A DNA stretch of 24,284 nucleotides, from positions 1 through 24,284 of the forward strand of contig JBGASS010000002.1 in assembly GCA_044229555.1 (NCBI GenBank), given 5' to 3'. The stretch's first letter is position 1. Each line of letters starts with the position of its first letter. This document shows positions 7,684 to 16,810 of this stretch, one piece after another. Made by a program: the position numbers and the translations under genes. The DNA comes from Holophagaceae bacterium. Lineage in GTDB: Bacteria > Acidobacteriota > Holophagae > Holophagales > Holophagaceae. Below the pieces are notes generated by a model that saw only the letters and a program-made list of their open reading frames with translations, was not told the origin of the DNA and searched no databases.

Positions 7684-10600
7684 TCAGCATAGACGGCGCG
7701 GGCGGCGACGTCCCCTCAGGGCCGCTCGCCGGAACGGCCCAGCGGATGGAAAAAGCGCCGGGGGTAAAGCTGGAAAGGCGGCGTCCAGGACGGTGAAGCG
7801 GACACCCACCTGGATCGCGCGGTTGTTGTCGGCGCTGGTGACGATGGGGGAGCCGAAGGCGGGGGCGCCGGGAGGCGGCGTCTGGAAGTTCTGCACCCGG
7901 GTCACGTTGTAGTGGTTGAACACGTTGAAGACCTCGAGGATGAGCTCCAGGCCCGCCTTGTCGCTGGGCTTGAAGGCCCGGGAGAGGCGCATGTCCACGT
8001 TGGTGAGGCTGGGGGTGGTCTCGGAGTTGCGCTTCACGCCGGCGGGCCGGTCCGCGGGGGCGCTGAGGCCCTCGCCGTTGCCGAAGGGGTTGCCGGCCAC
8101 GAAGCCGTAGTCCGCGTCCACGCCGATCCAGAGGCTGTAGGGGCGGCCCGAGGCGTACTTGCCGATGAGGGCGATGACCCAGTTCCTGATCCAGCAGAGC
8201 CATGCCCTTGGTGTTGTAGACCGCGCTCACGTTCACCCGGTGGCGCTGGTCGTGGTTGCTGGGGCCCATCTCCGCGGCGGGATCGAAGGAGTTCTGGGGC
8301 GCGTACTGGGTGAGCCAGTCGATGTAGTTGTCCTCGGACTTGCTCCAGGCGTAGCTGGCGTTGAGGGCCAGGACGTCCCGCATCTGCCAGGCCCAGCCCG
8401 CGGCGGAAGGAGGTGTACTTGCTCTCGCCGGAGCCGTCGTAGCGGAAGATCGAGGAGTAGGGGATGCCGGTGGGCCCGAAGAGGATGGGCGTGCGCAGGG
8501 TCGGTGGTGGGGTTGTACTGGGCGGGATGGTGGAGTTGATGTCCCGGACGTTCATGAAGTGCTCGCCCTTGGAGTGGACGGCGTCGAGGGTCAGCTTCGA
8601 GCTGGGGCGGGGGCTCCATTCGAAGCCGAGGTTGGCCTGCTTTGGTTCTCGGGGGCCTCGTAGTCGCCGGGAAGGAGCATCACCTTGCCGGCCTTGATGG
8701 GCGTGCCCAGCGCGGTGGCGAAGTCCTTGTAGCGGCGGTTGGCGCCGCCGTCGGCGCTGGCCCACGACGCGAAGGTGTTGGGGGCCCGGCGCCCCACGAT
8801 CTGGAGATCGCGGCCGTTGGCGAGGTACACGGCGCTGTAGGGGCCCAGCTGAGGTGCGGCCGACGAAGATGCCGTAGCCGCCGTAGATGCGGGCTTCGGG
8901 GTGGCCTGCCAGGGTGAGGAAGCGCGGCGAGACCTTGCTGCTGCTCCAGTCCCCGCTGTGCCGGCGCATGGCGGCGAAGTCGTAGGGACCGTTCCCCGTG
9001 GCCGTCGCACCGGTGGCGACCCGGCGATGCCGATGGAGGGCGATGGGGCCGGGGCCCGGCCCGGGTGTCGTGGGCCTGGTCCAGCCAGTCGTAGTCGGCG
9101 GTGTCCTTGAAGGCGGCAGGTCCTCCTTGTCGTAGCGGACGCCGAACTTCAGGGTGAACTTCGGCGTGGCCTGCCAGTCCGCCTGGGCGAAGGCGCTGTA
9201 GTAGTTCACGGTGAAGTCCAGGTAGTCGTCGCCGAAGCCCTGGACGAACGCCGCGGGCATGCCGAAGCCGCCGTAGGGGTTGGCGGCGTTCAGGGCGTCG
9301 ATGCCGTTGTTGAAGCCCGGGATGCGCTGGAAGCGGTAGATGCCGGAGAAGTTCAGGGGCAGGGCGCCCTGGAGGTTGGTGCGCATCAGGTCGATGCCCA
9401 GCACCAGGGTGACCTTGTCGAAGAAGCTGCCGGTGTCGTTGAACTGGTGGGTCTTTTCCGCGCGCACCTGCGGGGAGAGCGCTGGGTGCCGAAGGTGGCG
9501 GCCCCGAGGATCTCGATATAGGGGCCCTTCGTCGCGTCCAGGCTGATCGGCTGGTCCGGGGCTGTAGAGGATGCGGAAATCGTTCACGAAGCGGGACGAG
9601 GCGTTCCAGAGGTGGGAGAGGCTGAAGCTCTTGTCCTCGATGCGGCGGGCGCCGCCGGCGCTGCGGTCCGTCAGCCCGCCCCATTCCAGCTGGTTCTCGT
9701 TGTATTCCTTCGCCCAGGTGAAGCGGGCGCTCCAGCGGCTGACGTCGCTCTGGGCGTAGTCCAGCTTCAGGATGCCCGTGGTGACGTTCTCGACGTAGGG
9801 CACCAGGCCCTGGGAGACGCGGAAGCCCGTGCGGGAGAGGATGGTGGCGGCGGTGGCGGAATCGATGGTGACGTTGTTGGCGTCCTTCTTCTGGAAGCGC
9901 TCCACCGAAAGGAAGTAGAAGAACTTGTCCTTCTGGATGGCGCCGCCCACGGTGGCGCCGAACTGGTCCTGCTTGAGCTCGGAATCGCTGGACGAGAGGG
10001 GCCGCCGCGCGTCGATCTTGCCGTCGCGGCGGAAGTAGAAGACCGTCCCAGAGAATGCGTTGCCGCCGCTCTTGGTGACCACGTTCACGTTGCCGCCGGC
10101 GGCCCGGCCGTACTCGGCGGAGAAGCCGTTGGTGACCACCTGGAATTCCTGCACCGCCTCCTGGCTGAAGGTCGTGCGCACCGAGCCCGTGGAGACGTCG
10201 TTGTTGTCGAGGCCGTCCACCATCACGTTGTTGAGGCGGGGGTTCACGCCGGCGAAGACGAGTCCCGAGTTCGCCGCGGCGCCGCCGTTGTCGGGGCTGT
10301 TGGCGGTGGTGACGCCCGGGGTCGTGAGGCTGAAGTCCTCGAAGCGGCGGCGGTTGATGGGCAGGTTGTTGATGAGGTTGTTGTCGATGACCGTGGAGAC
10401 CTGGGTGCGGGTCGGATCCACCAGGGTGGCCTCCCCGACCACTTCCACCGTCGCCTGGGCTTCCACCGGGCTCAGGTCCACGTTGAACTCCGTGGTGTTC
10501 GCGAGGCGGAGGACCAGCTCGCGGACGCGCTTGGTCTGGAAGTTCGGGGCCTCGACGGAGAGGGTGTAGCTGCCGGGGGGGAGCAGGCGGAAGGCGTAGT

Positions 10601-10808
10601 TGCCGCCGGCGTCCGAGGTGAGCACGCGCACCTGGTTGGTGGCGTCCTGGGTCAGGCGCACCACGGCCTTGGGAATGGGCGTCCCGCCCGCGGCGCGGAC
10701 CTGGCCGCGGAGGTCCGCGGTGGTGACGCCCGTGCTCTGGGCCGCGAGGCTCATGGACAGGGTCGTGAGGGCCGCCAAGCTCAGGGATGAGGACAGTCGG
10801 ATGGCCAT
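7684..10808 (-). CDS. TonB-dependent receptor (Oar-like, N-terminal carboxypeptidase-regulatory-like domain), multiply frameshifted
   Basis: ATG 10808 after GGAG; signal peptide; NLPINRRRFEDF, DGLDNND, EFQVVTNGFSAEYGRAAGG; C-terminal LEVFNVFNH...RAIQVGVRF. Frame switches between about 8100 and 9560. First stop is at 7684, but the true end is probably near 7790. Confidence 0.85.
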
Positions 10809-10859
10809 GGGAACTCCATGAAGGGTGAAGAAGATGGGCGGACCGGATAGGGTGCCCCG

Positions 10860-10888
10860 AGGATAGAAAGATTCCCCTCCGGGCGCAA
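10860..10888 (-). promoter_or_regulatory. Sigma70-like promoter for the TonB receptor
   Basis: Minus strand TTGCGC (10888-10883), 17-nt spacer, TATCCT (10865-10860), with an AT-rich tract upstream. Confidence 0.5.
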
Positions 10889-10900
10889 GCAAGCGGAATT

Positions 10901-12247
10901 TCAATTTATTAGCTCGGCCAGGGTCTCCACGGCTTTCAGGACCCTTCCGGGCGCCGTGGCGATGGGCGGCATGAGGTAGAGGCAGTCCCCGATGGGCCGC
11001 GCGAGCAGGCCCCGGTCCAGGGCCTCGCGGTGGAGGCGCCGGGGGAAACGGGCCTCCGCCGGGTGGGGCTGGCCGGTGGCGGGATCCACCACGCGGCAGG
11101 CGGCCACGCAGCCCAAGGTCCGCACATTCCGGGTCGCGGGGTGGCCGGCGAGCCCGGCCCAGGCCTGCCGCAGCGCCGCCGAGAGATCCCGGGCCCGTTC
11201 CAGGACCGGGGTTTCCTCGAAGAGGGCGAGGCTGGCGCAGGCCACGGCGCAGGCGACCGGGTTCCCCGTGAAGCTGTGGCCGTGGAAAAAAGTGCGCATC
11301 TCCGAATAGTCGCCCCAGAAGTGGCCGTAGATCTCTTCCGTCGCCCACGTCATGGCGAGGGGCAGCACGCCGCCGGTGAGGCCCTTGGACAGGCAGAGCA
11401 GGTCCGGCGCCACGGCGGCCTGCTCCAGGGCCAGGAAGGAACCCGTGCGTCCGAAGCCCGTCATCACCTCGTCCAGGATGAGGAAGACCCCGTGCCGGTC
11501 GCACTGCAGGCGGATCTCCTGGAGCAGTTCCGGCGGCCACATCCGCATGCCCCCGGCCCCCTGCAGCAGCGGTTCGGCGATGAAGGCCGCCAGCCGCGGA
11601 CCCCGGGCGCCGAACCAGGCGCGGATGCGGGCGCGCTCCCCGTCCAGCGCGGCGCTGATTTCGGAGGCCTCCCCTCCGATCTCCCGGCGGGGGTCCTCCA
11701 TCACCTCCAGGGCGTCGCAGGCCAGGAGGAGGGGCGCGAAGAGCCCCGTCAGGAAATTGCTGCGGTCCCCCACCGCCACGGCGCCCAGGGTGTCCCCGTG
11801 GTACCCGCCCTGGAGCGCGCCGAAGCGGTCGCGGCCCCGCTCCCCGCGCTGGAGCTGGGCCTGGAAGGCCATCTTGAGGGCCACCTCCACCGCCGTGCTG
11901 CCGTTGTCGGAGAAGAAGGCCCGGGTCAGGCCCGCGGGCAGCCAGGGGCGCAGCCGCGCCACCAGCTCGAGGGCGGGCTCGTGGGTGAACCCCGCGAAGA
12001 GGACGTGGTCGAGGCGCGCCGCCTGCTTCGAGAGGGCCTCCACGAGCCGGGGATGGCCGTGGCCGTGGACGCTGGTCCACCAGGAGCTGATGCTGTCCAG
12101 CACGCCAGCCGGCCGTCCGCGAGCAGGAGGTCCGGCCCCTCGGCCCCCACCACGTACCAGCGGGTCGGCCTCGTGCTCCTTCATCTGGGTGAAGGGGTGC
12201 CACACGTGGGCGCGGTCGAAGGCGAGGCGCTCGGCCCCGGGGTTCAG
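10901..12247 (-). CDS. bioA: Adenosylmethionine-8-amino-7-oxononanoate aminotransferase (frameshifts near the 5' end)
   Basis: HVWHPFTQ, SSWW, DNGSTAVEVALKMA, YHGDT, EPLLQGAGGM, DEVMTGFGRTG, PDLLCLSKGLTGG, HGHSFTGNP. The segment VVGAEGPDLLLADGR is in another frame (~12110-12155). Start inferred at the CTGA overlap. Confidence 0.9.
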   Translation of the reverse strand: MNPGAERLAFDRAHVWHPFTQMKEHEADPLVRGGGRGAGPPARGRPAGVLDSISSWWTSVHGHGHPRLVEALSKQAARLDHVLFAGFTHEPALELVARLRPWLPAGLTRAFFSDNGSTAVEVALKMAFQAQLQRGERGRDRFGALQGGYHGDTLGAVAVGDRSNFLTGLFAPLLLACDALEVMEDPRREIGGEASEISAALDGERARIRAWFGARGPRLAAFIAEPLLQGAGGMRMWPPELLQEIRLQCDRHGVFLILDEVMTGFGRTGSFLALEQAAVAPDLLCLSKGLTGGVLPLAMTWATEEIYGHFWGDYSEMRTFFHGHSFTGNPVACAVACASLALFEETPVLERARDLSAALRQAWAGLAGHPATRNVRTLGCVAACRVVDPATGQPHPAEARFPRRLHREALDRGLLARPIGDCLYLMPPIATAPGRVLKAVETLAELIN

Positions 12248-12875
12248 GCGGGGGAGGCCATGGGGCGCGTGCTCCGGAAGCTGAAGGATGTGGACGGGCG
12301 GGGAGGTGGCGGGCGAGGACCGCGTTGCCTCGGGCGGCTGGCCTGGGCACCGTCCAGGCCCGGATTGAGGCACCGCGGCGAGGCGCCAGCCCCGCAGCAT
12401 CAGGGCTTCGCAGGTGAGCAGGGCGTGGTTCAGGGTGCCCAGCCCGCCCCGGGCCGCCACCACCGAGTAATCCGGAGTTCGTCGCCCAGGGCGAGGGCGA
12501 TGCCTGGGCGGCAGGGGAACCAGCACGCCCTTCGACGCTCAGCAGGAGCCGCCCGCGGGGCCTTCGCTGCGCCCACCGGAAGAGGGCGTCGAGGTCCAGG
12601 ACGCGGCCCTCGCGTTCCGCGGCGGCCAGGGGCGAAAGGGGGCCTGCAAGGTGATGCCCGTCTCCACCTCGATGCCCGGACCCGCGACGGCGGGGGCGTC
12701 CGCTCGCGGGTCCTGCCCGGAGGCGGCGCCGGTCTGGAAGGGCTTCCGATGGGCGACGGGGGCGTCCTGCGCCAGGCCTGGGCGATGGCCGAGGCGATCC
12801 AGGTCTTGCCGACGCCCGTATCCTCGTGCCCAACGCAGAGGTGGGGCGGGCGAGCGTGAAGAGCTCCCGGCTCAA
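12244..12875 (-). CDS. bioD: Dethiobiotin synthase (frameshifted)
   Basis: Fragments across frames: DTGVGKTWIA (P-loop), VEG..VLVP, GLGTLNHALLT. TTG start overlaps the bioF TGA and follows GGAGAGG. Confidence 0.8.
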
Positions 12876-14024
12876 AGCACCTCTCCGAGGGCGGCGAGCA
12901 GGCCTCCACGTCCGCTTCGACTGGTGGGCGCCGGTGGTGATGCGCGGCCAGGCGGTGCCTCTGCGGCACTGTGGAGGCCGCACGGCCCGGACGTCGAAGC
13001 CGCGGCCTGAAGCTTGTCGGCGGCGGCGCCGGCGCCTCGTCCCCGAGGCGCAGGGGCACGATGGCCCGAGGGCTGGGGAAAGCCGAGGGCGCTCCCGGAT
13101 CCGCGCCGCGTGGGCCAAGGCCTTCCGGGCCCGCCAGCGCTCCTCCCGGGCGACGCGCAGGCCCTCCAGGGCCGCGGCTGCCACCGGGGCGGGAAGGCTG
13201 GTGGAAAAGATGAAGCCCCGGGCGGTGTTGACCAGGTGCTCCCGCACCAGGGAACTGGCGGTGATGAAGGCGCCGAAGGCGCCGAGGGCCTTGCCGAGGG
13301 TGCCCATGACGAGGGGGATGCGGCCTCCCAAGTCCATGTGTTCCGCGAGCCCGGCGCCCCGCGCGCCCAGCAGCCCGGTGGCGTGGGCCTCGTCCGCCAG
13401 CAGCAGCGCGTCCCAGCGCCCGCAGAGGTCGAGGAGCCCCGCCAGGTCGGCCGCGTCCCCGTCCATGCTGAAGACCGCGTCGGTGGCCACCAGGGCCTGG
13501 GCCCCGGCGGCGCGGCCCTTGTGCCAGGCCGAGAGCTGGTCCTCGAGGTCCTGCAGGTCCCCGTGCCGGAAGACGCCCAGGTGGGCCCCCCGGGCCTTGG
13601 CCATGCGGCAGCCGTCCACCAGGGATGCGTGGTTCAGCTCGTCGGAGAAGACGGCGTCCCCGCCCTGGAGGAGGGCGGGGATCAGGGTGCTGTTGGCCTG
13701 GAAGCCCGTGCCGAAGAGCAGGCCGGCCTCCTGGCCCTTCCAGGCGGCCAGCCCGGCCTCGAGGGCCTCGTGCAAGGGCGAGGTGCCCCGGAGCAGCCGC
13801 GCGGCCCCGGTTCCGCTGCCGTGTTCCGCCGCCGCCTGGGCCGCGGCCGCCGCGAGCCTGGGATCGAGCCGCAGGCCCAGGTAGTCGTTGGAGCAGAAGT
13901 CGAGGCCGCGGGGAGGGACGACGCGCCGCTGCAGGCCGCGGGCCTCCCGGTCCCGGGACTGGGCGTCCAGACGGATCCTCCAGCCTTCGGGCAGGGCCGG
14001 GGGGTCGCGCCGGGGAACCTTCAT
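12872..14024 (-). CDS. bioF: 8-amino-7-oxononanoate synthase (frameshifts in the 3' part)
   Basis: DFCSNDYLGL, DELNHASLVDG, DAVFSMDGD, DEAHATG, GTLGKALG, then VRAVRPP. Start at 14024 or 14045. Confidence 0.9.
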
Positions 14025-14229
14025 GGGATCGGTTGCATTTGACATCGCTGGAGCTGGAAAAGGCCCAATCTGCGCGGTTTTGGGCAGGGACGGGACCTTC
14101 CGCCGGTGGTAGACTTGAGGTTTTGGGGCCGGTGACGGCCCAGGGGAAGAGGATGAATCACTTGACGAAGGACTCCAAAGGTTGAGTTCAGCCGTCCGGG
14201 CCCTGCTCTCCCCTCCCAACCCGCAACCC

Positions 14230-14250
14230 TGAAGGGATCAAACCCCTTCA
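14230..14250. promoter_or_regulatory. Inverted repeat TGAAGGG-N7-CCCTTCA upstream of the foldase gene
   Basis: Perfect 7-bp arms 23 nt before ATG 14274, in the divergent bioF/foldase spacer. Confidence 0.3.
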
Positions 14251-14273
14251 ACAACTTGAATGAAGGATGGCTC

Positions 14274-15412
14274 ATGCTCCGCACGTTCCTCCCCCTGGTG
14301 GCCCTCACCCTCGCCGCCCAGACCCCCGCCCCCAAGCCTGCCGAGGCTCCCAAGGCCGTCGAGGCCCCTAAGGCCGTCGAGGCGCCGAAGGCCGAAGCCA
14401 CCAAGCCGGTTCCGGTGACGCCGAAGGTCGAGGTCGCCCCGGCGCCCCAGCCGGCTCCCAAGGCCGCGGTGGCCGCCCCGAAGGCCGCCCCCGCCGCGCC
14501 GCAGGCCCCCCACGCGGCGCCGAAGGCCGCCGCCGGCGTGACCCTCGGCGCCGAGGCTCCCGAGAAGAAGGCCGAGGACAAGGTGATCGCCAAGGTGGGG
14601 ACCTCCCTCATCCGCGAATCCGACCTGGACGCCGCCCTGTCCGGCATGAATCCCACCGAGCGCCAGCAGCTCAGCCTGGTCCAGGGCGCGAAGGACCAGT
14701 ACATCACCCGCCTCGTGGAGATGCACCTCCTCGCCGCCAAGGCCAAGAAGCTCGGCCTCGATGCCACCGAGGCCTACAAGCGCTCCGTGGGTCTGGTGAT
14801 GACCCAGCTCCTCGCCCAGGAATACCTGAAGAAGGAAGGCGAGAGCCTGAACAAGCGGATGGTGGTCACGGACGAGGACACCAAGGCCTACTTTGAGACC
14901 CACAAGGCCCAGTTCGTCACGCCCGGCAAGTTCAGCGCCCGGCACCTCCTCGTCTCCGTGAAGAGCGAGCGGACCCAGAACCAGGGCTACACGGACCAGG
15001 AGGCCCGGGAGCGCCTGGCCAAGGTCCAGGCCCAGCTCCAGGCGGGCAAGAAGCTCGAGGACCTCTGCAAGGAGTGTGTGTCCAGGCAACCAAGGAAAGG
15101 GCGGCCTCGAGAACATGCCCAATGCAGTTCGTGCCCGAGTTCGAGGTGGCGGTGAAGCCCAGGAGATCGGCAAGGTCGGCGATCCGTCCGAGACCCCCTT
15201 CGGCTATCACCTGATCCAGTGCGAAGGTCATGCCCGGCGACCGTGGGCTTCGGCAGGCCAAGGGCAGGCCAAGCAGAAGGCCGCAAGGCGCACTGCCGTG
15301 GAATACGAAGACGGCTTCATCGGCGACATCGAGATCCGCCGATGGGCCAACACAGAAGCTGGGCGCTGCACGGTCGCCCCCGAAGCCGCCAGCCCACGGC
15401 CAGAAGCCCTGA
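14274..15412 (+). CDS. Exported parvulin-type peptidyl-prolyl isomerase (PrsA/PpiC-like), 3' third frameshifted
   Basis: ATG after AAGGA; signal peptide; SurA-N-like helices; FSARHLLV, PEFE, ETPFGYHLIQ in shifting frames; probable end PKPPAHGQKP-TGA at 15412. Confidence 0.8.
14349..14399 (+). repeat. Coding 18-nt tandem repeat (PKAVEA PKAVEA PKAEA)
   Basis: cccaaggccgtcgaggcc / cctaaggccgtcgaggcg / ccgaaggccgaagcc inside a Pro/Ala/Lys-rich linker. Confidence 0.8.
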
Positions 15413-15487
15413 TAGGCTGCCGCCGACGTCCCGCGCCTCTACCGCGCCTACCAGCGCCGCATCGTCACGACGCCGTACTAAGGGCGC

Positions 15488-16429
15488 CCGGTCCCGCCGG
15501 CGGGCGAGGTCCGGGAGGAGGTGCTGGTGATCGTCAACGCCCACATCATCTCCCGCCGCCAGTTCCAGCAGTCCGTGGAGCAGGAGAACGCCGCCCTCTA
15601 CCGGCAGTTCTCCGGCAAGGAGCTGGACGAGAAGCTGCGGGAGGCCCGGGAGAAGACGCTCCAGGGGCTCATCGACGCCTTCCTGGTCCAGGACAAGGCG
15701 GACGACCTGGGCATCAAGATCCCCGACGACTACCTCAAGTCGGTGATCGAGGACATCAAGAAGCAGAACAACCTCCCCACGGACGCGGACCTGGAGCGCG
15801 CGCTGCGCGGCTCCGTCGGCATCGGCCTGGCGGAGTACACCAAGCGCCAGAAGCAGAACATCCTGCAGCAGGAGGTGCTGCGCCGGGAGGTCTTCTCCAA
15901 GGTGGCCATCGAGGACCAGGAGCTACGGGCCTACTACGAGGACCACAAGGACGAGTACAAGCTGCCGAGCCGCCTGCGCATCCGGGAGCTCGTGATCCCC
16001 AAGGGCGCGACCCCCGCCGAGCAGGACGCTGCGAAGGCCAAGGTGGAGGCCGTGCGCGGCGAGATCGCCAAGGGCGCGAAATTCGAGGACCTGGTGAAGC
16101 AGTACTCCGAAGGGCTCAGCCGGACCACCGGCGGCGACCTGGGCTGGATGGACAAGGGCCTCCTGCGGCCTGACCTCGAGAAGGCCGCCATCGGCCTCAA
16201 GCCCGGGGAGGTGGCGGGACCCATCGCCTCGGACAAGGACATCGCTTTCGTCCAGCTCATCGAAGCCCAGATCGACGGCGCGCGGCCCTTCGCGGAAGTG
16301 AAGGACAAGATCCTGGAGAAGCTCCAGGAGCCCAAGGCGCAGAACGCCATCGAACAGTACATGCAGTCCCTGCGGGTGCGCGCGAACGTGCGCTTCGCCG
16401 TGGCGAAGGACAAGATCCTCCAGGGCTGA
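15488..16429 (+). CDS. SurA-like chaperone (SurA N-domain plus one parvulin domain); 5' end garbled
   Basis: EEVLVIVNAHIISRRQ, QEVLRREV, FEDLVKQYSEG..TGGDLGW, LKPGEVAGPI. Frame is open from 15482 after an in-frame TAA; no clean signal peptide is readable. Confidence 0.85.
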   Translation, partial: PVPPAGEVREEVLVIVNAHIISRRQFQQSVEQENAALYRQFSGKELDEKLREAREKTLQGLIDAFLVQDKADDLGIKIPDDYLKSVIEDIKKQNNLPTDADLERALRGSVGIGLAEYTKRQKQNILQQEVLRREVFSKVAIEDQELRAYYEDHKDEYKLPSRLRIRELVIPKGATPAEQDAAKAKVEAVRGEIAKGAKFEDLVKQYSEGLSRTTGGDLGWMDKGLLRPDLEKAAIGLKPGEVAGPIASDKDIAFVQLIEAQIDGARPFAEVKDKILEKLQEPKAQNAIEQYMQSLRVRANVRFAVAKDKILQG

Positions 16430-16464
16430 GGCCCTGGTGGAGGCGAGCGCTGAGGAGCGTCCCT

Positions 16465-16782
16465 GTGCGGCTTGATGCGTTTCTGAAGAAGACCCACCTG
16501 CTCAAGCGGCGGGAGCTGGCCCGGGAGCTGTGCGACGCCGGGATGGTGCGGGTGAACGGCGCCCCCAGGAAGGCCTCCTGCGAGGTCGCCGCCGGGGACG
16601 AGCTGCAGTTCCCCATCTACAACCGCATGCTGCGGGTGCGCGTCCTCGGCATGCCCGAGGGGAACGTGCCGAAGGCCGAGCAGTGGTCCTTCGTGGAGCT
16701 CCTCGAGGAGCGGAAGCTGCTGGTGGACGACGGCTGGGACGAGCCCGCCTTCGGCGTCCCCAAAAAGCCCCTCGACCACTGA
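16465..16782 (+). CDS. S4 RNA-binding domain protein, RqcP/YabO-like
   Basis: GTG after GAGGAG; MRLDAFLKKTHLLKRRELARELCDAGMVRVNG..KAS.EV..GDEL matches the YabO/Hsp15 S4 pattern. Confidence 0.85.
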   Translation: MRLDAFLKKTHLLKRRELARELCDAGMVRVNGAPRKASCEVAAGDELQFPIYNRMLRVRVLGMPEGNVPKAEQWSFVELLEERKLLVDDGWDEPAFGVPKKPLDH

Positions 16783-16810
16783 CCCCATCCGCGACGCCGC
16801 CGAGGACCCC

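Noticed and set aside
10901-12526. BioD-BioA fusion suggested by the 541-aa ORF
   Set aside because: Compensating frameshifts lie within it, and a CTGA stop/start overlap at 12244-12247 mirrors the TTGA overlap at bioF/bioD. Separate genes are more likely; unresolved without clean reads.
8034-14219. 2061-aa ORF as a giant BioF-TBDR fusion
   Set aside because: It only passes through the BioF and TBDR frames, with long Arg/Pro/Gly-rich off-frame stretches; it is a stop-poor high-GC frame plus indels.
14046-14273. BirA operator upstream of bioF
   Set aside because: A half-site-like GTCTACC exists, but there is no partner arm at 14-16 nt spacing.
7540-15520. Programmed frameshifting or true pseudogenes
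   Set aside because: Too many irregular shifts across unrelated genes and no slippery-site pattern; sequencing error is more parsimonious.
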